From positions 32,517 to 96,516 of the forward strand of contig JANJXX010000004.1 of the NCBI GenBank assembly GCA_024720975.1: a DNA stretch of 64,000 nucleotides, read 5' to 3'. The notes under the pieces are model-generated. The model had not been told where the DNA came from and ran no database searches. It saw only the letters and a program-made list of their open reading frames with translations. Within the stretch, counting starts at the first letter, position 1, and the number at the start of each line of letters is the position of its first letter. This document shows, in pieces, positions 38,956 through 49,285 of this stretch. A program made the translations under genes and the position numbers. Source of the DNA: Thermoproteota archaeon (GTDB lineage: Archaea > Asgardarchaeota > Njordarchaeia > Njordarchaeales > Panguiarchaeaceae).

Positions 38956-40221
38956 ATGCACGTAGATATACTGATTATAAATGCCAATGAAGTATTGACT
39001 CTAAGCGGTTACTCTGAGCGCCCAAAGGTTGGCAGGGAGCTAAAGGATCTGGGCATAATACCTGATGGTGCTGTTGCTATACTAGATGGAAAGATACTTG
39101 AAGTAGGCAAGACAAATGAACTAATCAAGAAATATGATGCTGATCTAGTAATCGATGCATCTAACAAGATTGTTCTCCCTGGATTTGTCGATCCTCACAC
39201 ACATCTAGTCTTTGCTGGTTCGAGAGAGGAGGAATTAACACTAAAGCTTGAGGGTGTCCCTTATCTGGAAATCCTTAAGAGGGGTGGTGGAATTCTTAAA
39301 ACTGTGAGACTAACCAGGGATTCTTCCGAGTCTGAGCTCTTTAAAGAAGCCTATGAGAGACTAAACACAGCATTGGTTCACGGTACTACAACAATTGAGG
39401 CCAAAAGTGGTTACGGACTGGACACAAAGAATGAGATCAAGATATTAAAGGTTATTAAGAGACTCAATGAGGATCACTTTGTTGATGTCGTACCAACCTT
39501 TCTAGGAGCCCATGCAATACCACCAGAATTTAAGGACGATCCAGATGGATACGTTAATTTGATTATTAACGAGATGATCCCAGCTGTGGCCAAGGATAGG
39601 CTAGCAGTATTCAATGATGTTTTTGTTGAGGAAGGTGTTTTCACAGTTGAACAAGGCAGAAGAATACTAGTAGAAGGGAAGACATACAATCTGATACCCA
39701 AAGTTCATGCTGATGAATTTAATGATCTAGGGGGTGCTCAATTAGCTGCAGAGGTCAATGCTATCTCAGCCGACCATCTGTTATACTCATCTGAGAATGG
39801 TTTGAGAGAAATGGCTAAGAAAGGAGTCATAGGTGTTCTACTACCCGCTACATCAATGACATTGATGGGAATGAAATTTGCAGATGCTAGGAAAATCATA
39901 GATCTTGGAGTTCCAGTGGCTCTAGCAACGGACCTAAATCCAAATTGTTGGATAGAAAACATGCAATTCGTAATTACACTGGCGGTTTATTTCCTCAAAA
40001 TGACGCCCGCAGAGGCTATTTCTGCTGCCACAATTAATGCAGCACACGCAATAGGATTGGGAAAGTACATTGGAAGTATAGAGAAGGGAAAACAGGCTGA
40101 TGTATTAATAATGAACATTCCAAGTAGTTTGTTTGTTGGCTATAAATTTGGAAGCAATCTTGTTGAATATCTGATTAAAAACGGTGAACTCATTATTCAA
40201 AGAGGTCGCATCATAAAATGA
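38956..40221 (+). CDS. hutI: imidazolonepropionase
   Basis: 'PGFVDPHTHLVFAGSR', 'GTTTIEAKSGYGL', 'HADE', 'SADHL', 'ATDLNP'. Confidence 0.95.
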   Translation: MHVDILIINANEVLTLSGYSERPKVGRELKDLGIIPDGAVAILDGKILEVGKTNELIKKYDADLVIDASNKIVLPGFVDPHTHLVFAGSREEELTLKLEGVPYLEILKRGGGILKTVRLTRDSSESELFKEAYERLNTALVHGTTTIEAKSGYGLDTKNEIKILKVIKRLNEDHFVDVVPTFLGAHAIPPEFKDDPDGYVNLIINEMIPAVAKDRLAVFNDVFVEEGVFTVEQGRRILVEGKTYNLIPKVHADEFNDLGGAQLAAEVNAISADHLLYSSENGLREMAKKGVIGVLLPATSMTLMGMKFADARKIIDLGVPVALATDLNPNCWIENMQFVITLAVYFLKMTPAEAISAATINAAHAIGLGKYIGSIEKGKQADVLIMNIPSSLFVGYKFGSNLVEYLIKNGELIIQRGRIIK

Positions 40222-40724
40222 TTGATTTCATAATAAACCCCATGTTTTTGACAATACTATCTTCATTAGCATCAACTGAACTCATTCTCAATAAAATTCT
40301 TGTGAAATCATATGAAACGGGCTCATTTTATCATGGTTTTAGAAATGTAATTTCAATAATGATCTCTGCAGGTCTGGCGGCTATTACACCTGACTTAAGC
40401 ATTATCGACATTATCGTGGTGTTTCTTTCTGCTCTAACTTTAGCTATCCTTATTGCTGTAGCTTACTCCTTAAGTGCAACAAAGGGCGACACTTTACTCA
40501 TTGCGTCAGCTGTATCATTTATAGTATCACTAGTAAGTTTCATAATTGGTGTTGCCGTAGGGTTAACACTACTTATAATTTACCCCAAGCTTAGAAGGAC
40601 TAAGTCAATCATATTCAGAGGACAAAAACTCATGGAAGTCTTAGCTAGTCTTAAGGTGCTATTACCAACAGGCACCATTAATGTGACGCTCATGACACTT
40701 CTCACGCTTGGAATTCTGGTGTAA
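40218..40724 (+). CDS. hypothetical membrane protein
   Basis: About 5 TM segments. ATGA overlap with hutI. Confidence 0.65.
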   Translation: MIDFIINPMFLTILSSLASTELILNKILVKSYETGSFYHGFRNVISIMISAGLAAITPDLSIIDIIVVFLSALTLAILIAVAYSLSATKGDTLLIASAVSFIVSLVSFIIGVAVGLTLLIIYPKLRRTKSIIFRGQKLMEVLASLKVLLPTGTINVTLMTLLTLGILV

Positions 40725-40727
40725 GAG

Positions 40728-41864
40728 TTGAAACCACGAAAGGTTTTTGTGTCAGCCACGAAGGCGCTGGCCCTCTTGCTACTCCTGATACCTATCTTAT
40801 GGAGCTTGCTTCCAGGTTACGTAGCTGTCATTGACACGAATTGGAGCTCTGTGTGGTTGACTTGGGATGATATTTTAGGGGGAGAGTCAATAGTAATAAA
40901 CTGGAGGTAGGGATATCAAGGACCAGCTTACGTAATCTGTTGGAACCAAACTCATAGCATACAAATAAATGTATACGCAGATTTTTTAAATAGTGTCAAA
41001 ATCGATGGACTCCGCCCCGGCGAGACCTATTATTATGCTATTGGCTACTATGAAAACGGCAATATGATAAACTGGAGGATTCATAGCTTCCGAACACCAC
41101 CGGCGTCAAATCCCGTAGTAGCAATCGTCCTTTCCGATACGCACGCACCGGATAGGTGTACATATCGCAAGATATTAAAGTGTGTTCGGGGTATTAATGC
41201 CGATGTTCTTATACATTGCGGTGACATCGTAGATCGCAGCCATATAAGCTGCTGGGCAGCATTCTTTAAGGATTCTTCTAGTATTCTATCAAGAATACCG
41301 ATCATGCCAACAATTGGAAACCATGACATTGGATACGGCGATCCGACGCTGTTCTACAAATTCTTTGAACTGCCAAATAATGGAAAATGGTATTACTACA
41401 GGCTAGGAAACGCTATATTTGTGTCACTATACGTCGCCGAGATGTTTACCTTTACTTTCCCAACCGAAGAATATGAGATGCTTAAGGAAGCTGCAGAAAT
41501 TGCGAGAGAGAGCAATTTATGGCTAATAGTGTACTTTCACATTCCACCAATAGATGTGATGCCCTTTATTCACTTTCCAGAAATATCAAGTAAACTAGGG
41601 GAGGTGTTTAGCACTATCAAACCAGACCTAATATTGGCCGGACACTATCACGTGTATGGAAGAACCAAATTCAAGGGCTCTAGAATTGTTTTAATGGGAG
41701 CTTCAGGAGGTCTCACAAACCAGATAGTCTGGAGCAGCGTTTTTGAGAAATACTCCTTCAAACCAGGCTTTGGATTACTTAGAGTAGAAGTAAATCGACT
41801 TCATTTTGAATACATCAGTGCTGATGGAGAAGTCCTAGATTCTTTCGAGCTGGTTAGGACCTAA
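40728..41864 (+). pseudogene. secreted purple-acid-phosphatase-like metallophosphoesterase (FN3 + catalytic domain) with in-frame TAG at 40908-40910
   Basis: ORFs 40728..40910 and 41064..41864 are in one frame. The intervening 51 codons are open and encode an FN3 motif (IDGLRPGETYYY). Catalytic motifs SDTH, GD, GNHD, GHYH. Confidence 0.8.
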
Positions 41865-42519
41865 GATTCTTAGGACATAAATCCTGAATAGGACATTCCC
41901 CACAATTTGGATTTCTTGCTTTACAATATTTTCTACCTAGAGTTATGAGTAGTCTGTGTAGATAATCGTAGTTTTCGACGAAATCAAATAATTCTAGATA
42001 GGCCTTTTGGATATCATCGTATGATCTCTTCTTGGCAATACCCCACCTCATAGCAATTCTTGTAGCATGTACGTCGACTCCCATTATCTCCTTACCATTG
42101 AGTGCTAGGAAAACATCAGCCGTTTTCTTACCAATGCCCTCTATGTTCAAAAGTGCCCTCCTGGCATCTTCTGTATTGAGCATAGTGATTTTCTTGAGAT
42201 CAAACCCGTTGACGACCTCTCTTGCAAGATTTTTTATAATCTTGGCCTTTCTTTTATAGAGACCAGCTGGATATATTGCCTCCTCTATCTTCTCGACACT
42301 AGAACTATGAATCTTTTCCGGATCCAATCCGATGCTCTCCTTTAATTTGAAGAGAGCTTTTATGGAATTTCTATCCGCCGTATTTTGGCTCAAAATTATT
42401 GCAATTAGCAGACCAAAAGGTTGATCTACGTAGTCAACGATGAACTGTCCTTTTTGTATCTCAATAGTTCTAAGAAGTCTGTCCCAGACATTTCTTGCCC
42501 AAGCTTTCCTGGGTTCCAT
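41854..42519 (-). CDS. nth: endonuclease III
   Basis: 'LSQNT.D', HhH 'GIGKKTAD', 'VDVH', 'CKARNPNCGECPIQDLC'. Confidence 0.92.
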   Translation of the reverse strand: MEPRKAWARNVWDRLLRTIEIQKGQFIVDYVDQPFGLLIAIILSQNTADRNSIKALFKLKESIGLDPEKIHSSSVEKIEEAIYPAGLYKRKAKIIKNLAREVVNGFDLKKITMLNTEDARRALLNIEGIGKKTADVFLALNGKEIMGVDVHATRIAMRWGIAKKRSYDDIQKAYLELFDFVENYDYLHRLLITLGRKYCKARNPNCGECPIQDLCPKNLRS

Positions 42520-42596
42520 TCTATTCGCCAGATGGTAGGTACAGCTTGCCTGCCGATAAAAGAATTAGAGATTGATGGAAAATGAGACCAAAAATG

Positions 42597-43964
42597 CTAC
42601 TCTAGCTTCCTTTTGCCAAATCGATAAAGAATGAAGCCTATTAACGCTACTACGAATGTATTGAGCCATATGATCCAGTCTAGAAAGCTAGTAAATATGA
42701 ACACCGCAGTGAGAACAGCTCCCAGTATTGGCAAGGCTATCGATGGCACCTTGAACATCCTCTCTAGTTCGGGTCTCTTAAATCTTAGCCATACAACGGA
42801 CAAGTTTATGATAATGAATACAATTAAACATGCGAGGCTCGACGTCTTTGATAACAAATCAATTAACTCATATTCTATTCCACCTACTGCAATCACTTTC
42901 CAACCTGTCAGGCTTGGTAGATACTCAGTCATTGCTAATAATAGGATTGCTATCATTGTTGCTATAGCAATTGCTATATATGGCGTTCTACGCTTCTCAT
43001 GAACAAGCTTTATCTTCTCTGGAAGAAATCCTTCCTCAGCTAGGCCGTAAATTAAGCGCGATCCGGATACTAAGAATCCTAGGACTGTGTTCGATGTTGC
43101 AAACAAAGCTATAACACCTAGCATCATGTAGGCCCCACTCCATACACGACTAGCAGCGTCCGCTAGTGGAGCACCACTCTTGGCCAATTCTTCTGGTGGG
43201 AGCAGTCTAACGACAGAGGCCGCTACTAGAACATATACAAAGGAACACACTAGAAGAGCTATAATTATCGCTCGGGGAACGTTCTTTCTGGGCTCCTTCA
43301 CCTCCTCGGCCAATGTCGGCTGTAGTTCAAAGCCCGTGAATGCGAAGTAAAACACTGCCGCTCCTAAAAGCAGGAGTGATAGCCCACTTACACTCCCAGA
43401 TGCAGATATGGTCAAGTATGCGGGGGACCTTTGGGCAAATGCTAGACCGAGGAAGCTCACAAATAGGAGACCAAATAATTCGATTGCTGTAAATATGGCA
43501 ATTAATTTGGATGATTCTTCTATTCCCCAATAGTTGACAATAGTTAGCAGGAGTACTAGAACTAGGGCTATCGTTGGTATCCAGATTTTGCTAATACCTA
43601 ATATATCCGTAAAGTACTTACTAAACCCAGTAGCTGCTGTTACTGCTCCTGCTATACCCCCGAATGCTAGCAACCATCCACTTATGAATGCTAGCCATTC
43701 TAACCTAGGGAAGGTTTCTCGAACATATGTATGTGTACTTGCAGCTGTGGGAAATATTGATGCAAACTCTGCAAAGGATAGACTAGTAAGTATTGCTATT
43801 AGAGCTGCAAACGAGACCGATAACCAAATTGCATCGCCAGCGAATTCTGCGGCTCTTCCCACTAGAGCATATATTCCTGCCCCAAGAATTAAACCCACAC
43901 CGAAAAGTGTTGCATACCCTAGACCTAGTGCTCTCTTTAGTTTAGTTTCTTCGGGAGCACCCAT
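42597..43964 (-). CDS. APC family amino acid permease
   Basis: 'GVGLILGAGIY', 'FAFTGFE', 'AEEVKEPRKNVPRA', 'SRLIYG'. Confidence 0.92.
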   Translation of the reverse strand: MGAPEETKLKRALGLGYATLFGVGLILGAGIYALVGRAAEFAGDAIWLSVSFAALIAILTSLSFAEFASIFPTAASTHTYVRETFPRLEWLAFISGWLLAFGGIAGAVTAATGFSKYFTDILGISKIWIPTIALVLVLLLTIVNYWGIEESSKLIAIFTAIELFGLLFVSFLGLAFAQRSPAYLTISASGSVSGLSLLLLGAAVFYFAFTGFELQPTLAEEVKEPRKNVPRAIIIALLVCSFVYVLVAASVVRLLPPEELAKSGAPLADAASRVWSGAYMMLGVIALFATSNTVLGFLVSGSRLIYGLAEEGFLPEKIKLVHEKRRTPYIAIAIATMIAILLLAMTEYLPSLTGWKVIAVGGIEYELIDLLSKTSSLACLIVFIIINLSVVWLRFKRPELERMFKVPSIALPILGAVLTAVFIFTSFLDWIIWLNTFVVALIGFILYRFGKRKLE

Positions 43965-44024
43965 ATGATCACCTGAGGTACTTTCACTAAAAAAACATCA
44001 GATCGAATAAAAAATACTTTAAAT

Positions 44025-47000
44025 TCACTGCTGCCTCCTAAGTGCACTAAGGAGCTTGCTCAAGTCTACATCCTCAAAAATTGCGCCAATATATGCACTG
44101 TCCTTCTCTAAGAGTATTACTGATTCCTTGTCATCCTTAACTACCACAGTCACCCCCTCAGGTACATGCGTCATAGTTGCCACAAAGGCATTGCCAATCA
44201 CTCTCTTTTCCCCTAGTCCTGTGTATATCTCTATTATGGCCTGTTTATTGCTGGACTCTAGCAGAATTTTCTCTAATGCTTCATCGATGACAGGAGTTAT
44301 TATCAGCACATACCTGCGGGCACTATCGATCATAGACTGCAGTAGTGTGTTTAATACTTCACGCCCGTAGTATATGAAAACTCCTTTGGGTCGACTCTTA
44401 ATTTCTGATGCATACTGTTGAATTGCATTTAAGATGGATGAAGCAACTTTGTCTGACCACTCCACAACACGCCCTGCCTTACTAGCAACACCTGTGAGGA
44501 TCTCATCAGTTCTCTCGCGAATGTCTAACTCTTCTCTTTCTAGAAGTGCTTTTAATTCATCTCGTGCGCTCGTTATATGAGTTTCTAGCATTCTACTTTG
44601 TTCTTTTATCTTTGTACTAGCCTCATCAATTGATTTTGAAATAATGTTCACAGTTTCCTGATGAGCCGAGGATATCTTATCCCGCAAAGTTTCTCTGATA
44701 GTTTTAAGTCCCTGGTCATAATTTTTGAAGATTTCTTGTGATTTTGACTTGAGAGCATTTGTATCGCTAGCTATTTCTTGCAGTAACATATTCCTCATAG
44801 ACTCTATCGCCCCAGAGATTTTTTCTGCATAACTGTCATACAGCTGTATTGTTTGCTTCTCGACTTGCTTCGAGGAATCTTCGAACTCATTTTTTATGTT
44901 GCTAGTTTCACTGTCAACTTTAGAGGCGACTTCGTCTATCCTGCTGATCTTATTAATAACATAGTTGTGAGTATTCTCATGCATGCGTGTTATAACGTCT
45001 AATGTTTCTGCCTCCTTATTTGAGATGAAACTAGTAAGCTCGCTAACTGTTAGGGTTATCTTTGATGATATCGCCTCCATGACTGCTTTTCTTGTAGATT
45101 CTGATAAACCTTGTAACAAGTCTCTATATCTGCTATAATTTTCATCAACATTCTTGTGCACCCCCTGCAGTATATCTAGTAGGGTTTTGGAAGTATTATC
45201 TATTTCCCAAGAGGCACCCTCACTACTTGCCGCTAAACCGGCTTTGAACTTCATTTTGATGTCATTCAATGATCCATTTATTGCTTCTAGTAGTGCTCCC
45301 TTTCTTGCATTTACAAAATCACTTAGGGACTTCATTCCGGATTCGATTTCCCGCAGACAATTATTCACAGCTGTTTTTATTACGGTAGTGCCATCTTTAA
45401 ACATGCCATCTATCTCGTCCTTCCTATTGTTAATCATGGATTCTAGAGTTTCTCTATAGTTATCAAAACCTGCCTGCAGGCCCGCTATAGAGTTATCTAA
45501 TGCCCTCAGACCTCCACCCATGTTCTTCTCCAAATTTGAGGATATTAACGTCAACTGGTTGCTAACAATATTTTGAAATTCATGGAAACACTTGTTCACG
45601 TAACTCAGTAGTAGTTTTAATTCACCACATACTTCTGAGTCCAGCCATAAAATATTATCCTTCAGAAGAGTTTCAGTATCACTAATTTGAGAGGTTAATT
45701 GCTGCTTAAATGACTCGATGAGTAGCATTATATGATCCGTAAGGATGCTTGAGAAATTCGAACCATAAGTCGTCAGCAGATCTTTCATTGTATCCTTGAT
45801 TCGCTTTTTATCGTCCTCTAATTCCATGAATAGCCTATCCTTCACACTGGCTATATATTCACTTGAAAGTTCAAGACGTTTCTCCTCTGATCCTTCAGTA
45901 GCACTTGATGCTTGGGCTTCACCCTTTTCAAATTCAGAGAATAGTGACTTCTTGAGGTCCTCCTTGATATCATCTATGAATTTGACAAACAGAGATGAGA
46001 GTTCGGAATTTAACTTCCCGATGAGAGGATTTATAGTCTCAATTACCTTCTCTTCTATAGATTTTTTGACTTGTGGCTTTGATAATTCCTTGATGGCTTT
46101 CTGTATATTTTTGGAGAGCGCATTATGAGTTTTCCTTAAGCGGTCTCTGAAATGCTCTATGAGCCTAGTTATTCCATCATCAATTTCTTTAACCGACGAC
46201 TCTACTTGAGCATCTAAATCTTTTATGACATTTCCTACACTGACTAAAATGGACGCATAGGCATTTGAGAGCTCGCCTATACTTTGCTTGAATTCTTTTG
46301 TCCATGTAGATAAGACTTTTGAAGTTTCGCTGCTGGCAGCGTCAATTAAATTGTCGAGACTATTGATGATCGGCTTCTTGATAGACTCCATTGTACTCGT
46401 AATTGTTGAATCTAAACTTGCTAAATCACCTGAGAACAGATCTTTTTGATAACTGATTTTCATAGTTATGTGATTTAATATTTCGTCGAGTTGCTTCCAC
46501 ATGTTCTGTTCCGAGACTGCACATACTTCATCAAATTTCGGGCCTATTTTTTTAATTGTTTCCGCAATGTTCATCCTAAGTAGGCTTAACAATTCATCTT
46601 GTTTGGAGATGGCATTTTTAATCTGCGTGACAGTTGTGCTTCTGTAAGTTTCAATGGCACGTTCCAACTCTGCAAACTCCTCATTTATAATCTCAGATAA
46701 TAAGTGCGCCAGCTCATCTAGCTTCGTTTCACCAGTCAATTTGAGTTTGTCAGATACTTCTGACATAGCTTTTTCTACTGCGTTTCTCACACTGAGTACC
46801 ATATCACTAAGTACTGCGATTGCTTCCTTTACAAAATCTTTGATCACTACTAAATTGCTGGTATATGTGTCGTGTAGGTGCTTAATATATCTCTCAAATG
46901 TCTCATGAATGCTGGCCATAGTCCTAGTGAAGTCTGTCTTTATGTGCTCAATCTCACTTTTACTTGTAGATAGTAGGCTTAGAACACTTTCTTCTGTTGT

Positions 47001-47540
47001 TTGAGAAAGCTTTTTCTCAAGGTTTTCAACGGTAGTATGCATTGCCTCTTGCAAGGTTTCAAGACTCTTAATGTTCTCGTTAAGTATATCGAGAATCTTT
47101 TCCACGGTATCTTTAAGCGATTGAATCGCTTCCAGATTCTTTGAGGCTGCTCCTTTGTAAATTTCTATGACTTCATCTAGCATATTATGTATTGAACGTA
47201 CGGCGCTATCTGTCCTACTGACAAGCAAGTCCGCAAACTTCGCATGAGATTCACTTATCTGCTCCCTTAACTCATGGAAACTTTCTTTTAGTTTTTCCTC
47301 AATCTTCTTGAGCTCTTCTTTTAGGACATTTATAAACTCAAGGGACTCGGTTAGTCTCGGCAGGGCAAAAAATCTTCCATCATCAAACCTCGCAATGTAA
47401 CCTTTCTTAATCATCTCATCTAGAGTACTATTAACGACATCGCTCGATAAACCAAGAATCTTTGCTAATAAATCAGCAGTAAGGGGGCCGGACTCGAGTA
47501 GCAACCTATATATTTGCGCCTCAGCTGAGTTTAAGCTCAT
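44025..47540 (-). CDS. giant protein: TrmB-like wHTH + ~990 aa coiled coil + TrmB effector/PLD-like C-terminal domain
   Basis: N-terminal 'LNSAEAQIYRLLLESGPLTA..L..KGYI'. C-terminal 'YYGREV...MIDSARRYVLIITP...VVKDDKESVI'. Continuous helical amphipathic middle. Confidence 0.75.
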   Translation of the reverse strand: MSLNSAEAQIYRLLLESGPLTADLLAKILGLSSDVVNSTLDEMIKKGYIARFDDGRFFALPRLTESLEFINVLKEELKKIEEKLKESFHELREQISESHAKFADLLVSRTDSAVRSIHNMLDEVIEIYKGAASKNLEAIQSLKDTVEKILDILNENIKSLETLQEAMHTTVENLEKKLSQTTEESVLSLLSTSKSEIEHIKTDFTRTMASIHETFERYIKHLHDTYTSNLVVIKDFVKEAIAVLSDMVLSVRNAVEKAMSEVSDKLKLTGETKLDELAHLLSEIINEEFAELERAIETYRSTTVTQIKNAISKQDELLSLLRMNIAETIKKIGPKFDEVCAVSEQNMWKQLDEILNHITMKISYQKDLFSGDLASLDSTITSTMESIKKPIINSLDNLIDAASSETSKVLSTWTKEFKQSIGELSNAYASILVSVGNVIKDLDAQVESSVKEIDDGITRLIEHFRDRLRKTHNALSKNIQKAIKELSKPQVKKSIEEKVIETINPLIGKLNSELSSLFVKFIDDIKEDLKKSLFSEFEKGEAQASSATEGSEEKRLELSSEYIASVKDRLFMELEDDKKRIKDTMKDLLTTYGSNFSSILTDHIMLLIESFKQQLTSQISDTETLLKDNILWLDSEVCGELKLLLSYVNKCFHEFQNIVSNQLTLISSNLEKNMGGGLRALDNSIAGLQAGFDNYRETLESMINNRKDEIDGMFKDGTTVIKTAVNNCLREIESGMKSLSDFVNARKGALLEAINGSLNDIKMKFKAGLAASSEGASWEIDNTSKTLLDILQGVHKNVDENYSRYRDLLQGLSESTRKAVMEAISSKITLTVSELTSFISNKEAETLDVITRMHENTHNYVINKISRIDEVASKVDSETSNIKNEFEDSSKQVEKQTIQLYDSYAEKISGAIESMRNMLLQEIASDTNALKSKSQEIFKNYDQGLKTIRETLRDKISSAHQETVNIISKSIDEASTKIKEQSRMLETHITSARDELKALLEREELDIRERTDEILTGVASKAGRVVEWSDKVASSILNAIQQYASEIKSRPKGVFIYYGREVLNTLLQSMIDSARRYVLIITPVIDEALEKILLESSNKQAIIEIYTGLGEKRVIGNAFVATMTHVPEGVTVVVKDDKESVILLEKDSAYIGAIFEDVDLSKLLSALRRQQ

Positions 47541-48382
47541 TTATGAGCACCAGCTATACCCCTGAAAATTTCGATGAGCTCACCATATTTTATTAAAGAT
47601 CTTCCAAGCTCGACAACTCTGATCCGAGCGATGTTCTTTCCATTTGTAATAATTGAGTAGTCCAGACCCAGTAAGATCTCGCTCAAGGTTTTCATGTCAA
47701 TGTTACTAGGCAGTTCTACCTCCAAGTATAAGTTACCGGTTGGGGTAAGCTGCGTGCTGCCTTTAAGTCCAAGTGCCTGAAATAAAAGTTTTACGAGTTC
47801 ATTTATGGAGTCGATGAATACATGCCTCTCTTTAAGATCAACATATGCTATTTGGCGGGCCAAATCCACTAAGTTGATTATGAGTTCCTTTCCTTTAACT
47901 TTCACCAATAGATAAGCTTTATCATGACTCCTTGAGAAGTAAACGTGCTCATGTTCATCCGCTATCTTAGACAAAATGTCCACGATCTTATCCGTATCGT
48001 GACCTTCTACGCGTTTTTTTGAAACATCTAACTTGTATACTGAGAACAAGACTTGCAAAAAATCATTTAGTTTGACGACAACATCTTTCATTGGAATTGG
48101 ATTAGGCTTTCCAGCTAGAATTCTTTGAATTTCATCTAGACGAATTTTGTAGCAGTCTGCCGGATAATCAGTCTTGGGTATCCCCGCCTCTACGAGTAGA
48201 GATAGATAGAATCTATTATTACACATAGGGTTTAAGATTAACCTGCCCCTATCACTCATACATCTTGGACAGGCCTCCTGCATAGTGGCAACGAGTTTAG
48301 AAACCATTAATTCGCAGGCATCAGTTGCGCGTTCACCGCAAATTATAGTTGCAAGTTTGCTGACCAATTTATCTTCTTTCAT
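47537..48382 (-). CDS. hypothetical protein with Cys-rich N-terminus, coupled to the giant TrmB protein
   Basis: Six Cys in the first ~80 aa including CPRC. ATGA overlap. Confidence 0.65.
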   Translation of the reverse strand: MKEDKLVSKLATIICGERATDACELMVSKLVATMQEACPRCMSDRGRLILNPMCNNRFYLSLLVEAGIPKTDYPADCYKIRLDEIQRILAGKPNPIPMKDVVVKLNDFLQVLFSVYKLDVSKKRVEGHDTDKIVDILSKIADEHEHVYFSRSHDKAYLLVKVKGKELIINLVDLARQIAYVDLKERHVFIDSINELVKLLFQALGLKGSTQLTPTGNLYLEVELPSNIDMKTLSEILLGLDYSIITNGKNIARIRVVELGRSLIKYGELIEIFRGIAGAHK

Positions 48383-48438
48383 CCAATAACACCTTCACTA
48401 AAGAGTACTACAAATATTATAAAAATGATAGCAATTAC

Positions 48439-48477
48439 AACTGAAAATCCTGCCCTAAAGGGCAGGAAGGAGGTTAG
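48439..48477 (+). mobile_element. 39-bp single-hairpin mini-element, copy C (perfect stem)
   Basis: TTAC|AACTGAAAA-TCCTGCCCT-AA-AGGGCAGGA-AGGAGGTTAG. Confidence 0.65.
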
Positions 48478-48562
48478 AAATCCTAGTGATCTCATGAAGC
48501 CAACGCAATATAGCTTTGGCAGCTAAGAACCAGCTGATTCAAAACCCCACTAGAGAAGCAAT

Positions 48563-49285
48563 TTAGAAGTCAGCTTCTTTGACGATGTTCACCAGCTCCA
48601 TTAGATTGTCAATTAAATAGTCGGGTTTAACATCATCAGGATTCTTAGGAAGTCTCAGGTATTCTACTACTGGCTCTGGCTTACTCATTAAGACTACAAC
48701 CATTCCCAGTTCTTTTGCTCCGGGTATGTCTATTTGTGGAACGTCTCCAACATACATTGCATGTTTAGGATCAACATTTAATGCCTTGAGAGCTATCTCA
48801 AATATACGCGAATGAGGTTTTCGATAACCCACATCACATGAAATTACAACGACATCAAAGTATTCTCTTAAACCATGCTTCTTTAGGACATTCTCATGAA
48901 AATTTATGGGCGAATTTGAGACGATACCTAACTTTAATCCCATGTCTTTGAGAGTTTTAAGGACTTGTTTTGCCTCCTTTCTAATATGGCAGAAGGGAGC
49001 ATCTTTCAATTTCTCAATCGCAAATCCCACAATATTTGCATCTACTAATATTCCTGCTCTTCTAGCAGCATCTGAGATAATGTTCTCCATTCTCTCTTCA
49101 ATTAGTGTCTTTGTAACCCGGTCCCACGCATCATCAAGAGCATTCATAAATTCTGTACGAAAGCTCACAGGAGTATTTATTCCTAAGCTTTGAAATGCTT
49201 TCTCGACAATGTCAGCCATAGAGTCTCTATCCCAACATGATTCAGCAATTACACCGCCAAAGTCGAACAAAATGGCCCTTATCAT
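48563..49285 (-). CDS. HAD-superfamily hydrolase
   Basis: 'LFDFGG', 'VSN', 'KP', 'VGD...DIPGA'. Confidence 0.9.
   Translation of the reverse strand: MIRAILFDFGGVIAESCWDRDSMADIVEKAFQSLGINTPVSFRTEFMNALDDAWDRVTKTLIEERMENIISDAARRAGILVDANIVGFAIEKLKDAPFCHIRKEAKQVLKTLKDMGLKLGIVSNSPINFHENVLKKHGLREYFDVVVISCDVGYRKPHSRIFEIALKALNVDPKHAMYVGDVPQIDIPGAKELGMVVVLMSKPEPVVEYLRLPKNPDDVKPDYLIDNLMELVNIVKEADF

Noticed and set aside
40908-40910. Genome-wide TAG reassignment
   Set aside because: Many conserved genes here end at TAG at their expected C-termini (e.g. alaX, radA paralog, M20 hydrolase).
40896-41078. 12-bp direct repeat ATAAACTGGAGG flanking the amber-containing 171-nt segment, suggesting an excisable insert
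   Set aside because: The enclosed segment encodes the native FN3 motif expected in this family, so it is not foreign DNA. Probably coincidence.
44025-47540. SMC/Rad50 or chemoreceptor annotation
   Set aside because: No Walker A/B, signature motif, zinc hook or MCP hairpin-tip motif.
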